Source: Emiliania huxleyi CCMP1516
Lineage: Eukaryota
Reading direction: 5' to 3'
Length of the DNA: 47,504 nt
NCBI RefSeq assembly: GCF_000372725.1
Contig: NW_005201493.1
Coordinates: forward strand, 28,092 to 75,595
Numbering within the stretch: the stretch's first letter is position 1; the number at the start of each line of letters is the position of its first letter. Made by a program: the position numbers and the translations under genes. Positions 45,307-47,504 of this stretch are shown here, in pieces. The notes under the pieces were generated by a model. The model searched no databases and had not been told where the DNA came from. It worked only from the letters and a program-made list of their open reading frames with translations.

Positions 45307-46619
45307 AGAAGGGGGGGCGCGAGTAGAGAGGAGCGGTGGGGGGCAAGGCGGTAGAGCCGCCGCCGGGCGTCTGCACTTCCGCTCGTGGCGCGCTCTTTTC
45401 GTCCCCACCGACTGACTGCGGTCTGCGGACGACATTTTGGACGATCGTCAGAACACGCATTAATTACCGCGCTGCTGTTGGTTTTGGTTTTCGCAGTCCA
45501 TCAAAAATGAAATGAAAAAACGGCGGCCGCGCGGGCATGTGGGCAACGGGCGCGGGCGCGTCCACTCCACGGACCACACACTCTATGGACGATCTGGTCT
45601 CGTGCTCGTGCGGGCGGGTCTCGCCTGCTATCTGGCCTCCACACTAAAAACGGGGACTCTAGCAGCGGCCGCGAATACTGAAGAGGGAATACCAATACAT
45701 GAACCACGTCAAGTTCCTGTAGGCGGTCCCTCCCATGCGCTCTCTCCTTCCTGGTCCGTCATGCTGCCGATCGCACTTTTTGCACATTGCAGCTCCCGGT
45801 CCCACCCTCCAGCGCCGCCACACGCACAACATGTTGCCTCAGCGGCCGCCGAGCAACGGATCCTTATCCTCGCAGCAAGGCAGAGGTCCGAAGAGCGACC
45901 TCCGCCCACCGAGCATAGGGCCGATCCCACCGTCGGGGCAAGGGAGGCACACTGCTGATGGAGGTGCTGGCGGGGGGAGCGGGGAAGGAAACACATATGG
46001 CAAGGGATCGACCGGAGTGGGGGGTTCTTCGTACGAGAGATACGACTCGACGAGCTTCCGTTCTTCAGCCCGCCTGCAGCAACGGGGAGCAATTTTGGCC
46101 GACCATCGTCGTGCTCGAGCTTCACTGCTGTTCCCGCAGCCAGCTGAAAGCATACGAACCGTGGGGAAATGCGAGGGCAAGAGGGAGGGGGGGCGCGGGC
46201 GAGGCGAACCTGTTTTCGGCGAAATGGAGGTTTGGGTTGCTATCCGCCTTCTCTGCGGCCTTCGCTGGCGCGCCGAGCACAGCGGCAGCAAGCGAGGCGG
46301 CCAGCATATATTCGGCCCGAACGTCCTCGGCGATGTAAAAGGAGTTGCTCCCCGGCCCTGTGGATGTGAGGTTAATGACTGCAGTCCAAGTGCTCCGACT
46401 CCGAGTTATTCTTCTATTGGCGCTAGCCGCGAGACACACGGGAAGGAATTTTAAGTTTGGCAGGTAGGGTATGCGCCCTCTCGGTCGGGGTCTCCGCACG
46501 CTCCCACCGAAAGTTGTCCGCTCATAAAAGAAATCCGCGCGAGGAATCACGAACGATATCATCAATCTAACATCAATGACCCGCCCCAAGAGCCAAGTGG
46601 GGTGATCTGGTGCTAGTAG

Positions 46620-46741
46620 GGTCTGACCCCCCTTGATATGCCGAACCGCGAGAGGGGATATTCACAAGGAGCGATAGCGACGCTGTGAATAGACCCGAAA
46701 CGCGAAAGCGGGGCGGACGGCATATCAAGGGGGGTCAGACC
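46620..46741. repeat. 122-bp inverted repeat with perfect 24-bp arms
   Basis: GGTCTGACCCCCCTTGATATGCCG (46620-46643) and its reverse complement (46718-46741); nested TATTCACA/TGTGAATA stem. Confidence 0.85.
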
Positions 46742-47251
46742 TCCTTCTCCTTTGAAGAGTGCGAGATCGTCTCTTCCTTCTAGATGCGTGAGACGCGTCC
46801 GCTCCATTACATTATGCGTTAATGTGCTCGGTTGGTTTGACACCTGCGTTTGAGCACGGAGCTGCAAATGGGCCACGGGAAATCTCTCCACCGTTCTCCG
46901 TCACCCTCCGCCCGCCCCCAGCAGGCGCCAAAAGTCCAGCCCGAGGAGCGAGGGTAGCGGCTGCCGCGCCTCACCGCCTCGCCAAGAGGCACCATCTGCA
47001 CGCGCACATCGGCGCCAGACGCCGAACTCGCCGGCGGTCTCTGCGCCGTCCTGCCGGTCCGGCCCGGCCCGCCACTCGAGACCACTTTGTGTGTCAAGTG
47101 CTCAAGTGCTCAAGTGCTAGACTTAAACTGCTCTTCTAGTTTTTTGCGAAATCGAGATCGACCGGAGGAGCGTGGCGAGATCCATATATAACGCGGCGAC
47201 GAAACGGGACCGCACGTAATCGTTGCGCGATAGGAGATCGCCCATGGGTAA

Positions 47252-47432
47252 GATGGCTGGGCCACAGCCATTTCAGCCATCTACTATGGCTGGGGCACAG
47301 TCAGTGCAGCCATCCTCCGGAGCATGGCTGGTGATAATTCGATGGCAGCCGTCCGCCGCCCCCGCCACACGCACAAATGGCTGCGCGCTTGCCGCCCCCG
47401 GCCTCGCGGGACGGCTGCCATTGGCTGCCATC
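47252..47432. repeat. Cluster of ATGGCTG/CAGCCAT motifs in both orientations; likely transposon subterminal repeats
   Basis: The motif recurs many times within about 180 bp. Confidence 0.5.
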
Positions 47433-47504
47433 TAACCATGACCAAATAGGGAATCGCCACGACCCCCTCCCGCGCTCTCTGCTATTTCCATAAAAAAGGG
47501 GGGG

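Noticed and set aside
45839..46307. Possible small spliced secreted protein on the minus strand (MLAASLAAAVLG...RKL...Pro-rich)
   Set aside because: The splice path and reading frame could not be established, so it is too weak to list as a feature.

Overview
This is a eukaryotic, very GC-rich, intron-rich scaffold segment with four N gaps. GC and GA splice donors, GGGGAGATAT-type intronic satellites and signal-peptide-led plastid proteins point to a haptophyte such as Emiliania/Gephyrocapsa huxleyi (inference). Recognisable host genes are: an EF-hand membrane protein, a CBS-pair protein, RsmB/Sun methyltransferase, an exostosin (GT47), a PAP2 phosphatase, an RCC1-repeat protein, a frameshifted NHL+BTB gene, an atypical IlvA-like threonine deaminase, a secreted lysozyme/SLT-like protein, plastid L24, a PsbP-domain protein, a His-box hydroxylase and several secreted Pro-rich modular proteins. 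Between them lie many mobile elements. These include an end-complete but internally deleted Helitron (9211-13932) in a divergent promoter, a collapsed copia element, a TIR element with an 8-bp TSD, a foldback element with a 5-bp TSD and a family of hairpin-rich retroposed elements with (TTTA)n tails. The most notable items are a C-terminal fragment of a giant-virus (NCLDV) major capsid protein at about 20.9-21.2 kb and the hairpin-dense non-coding family next to it. All family calls come from motif recognition by eye; no searches were run.
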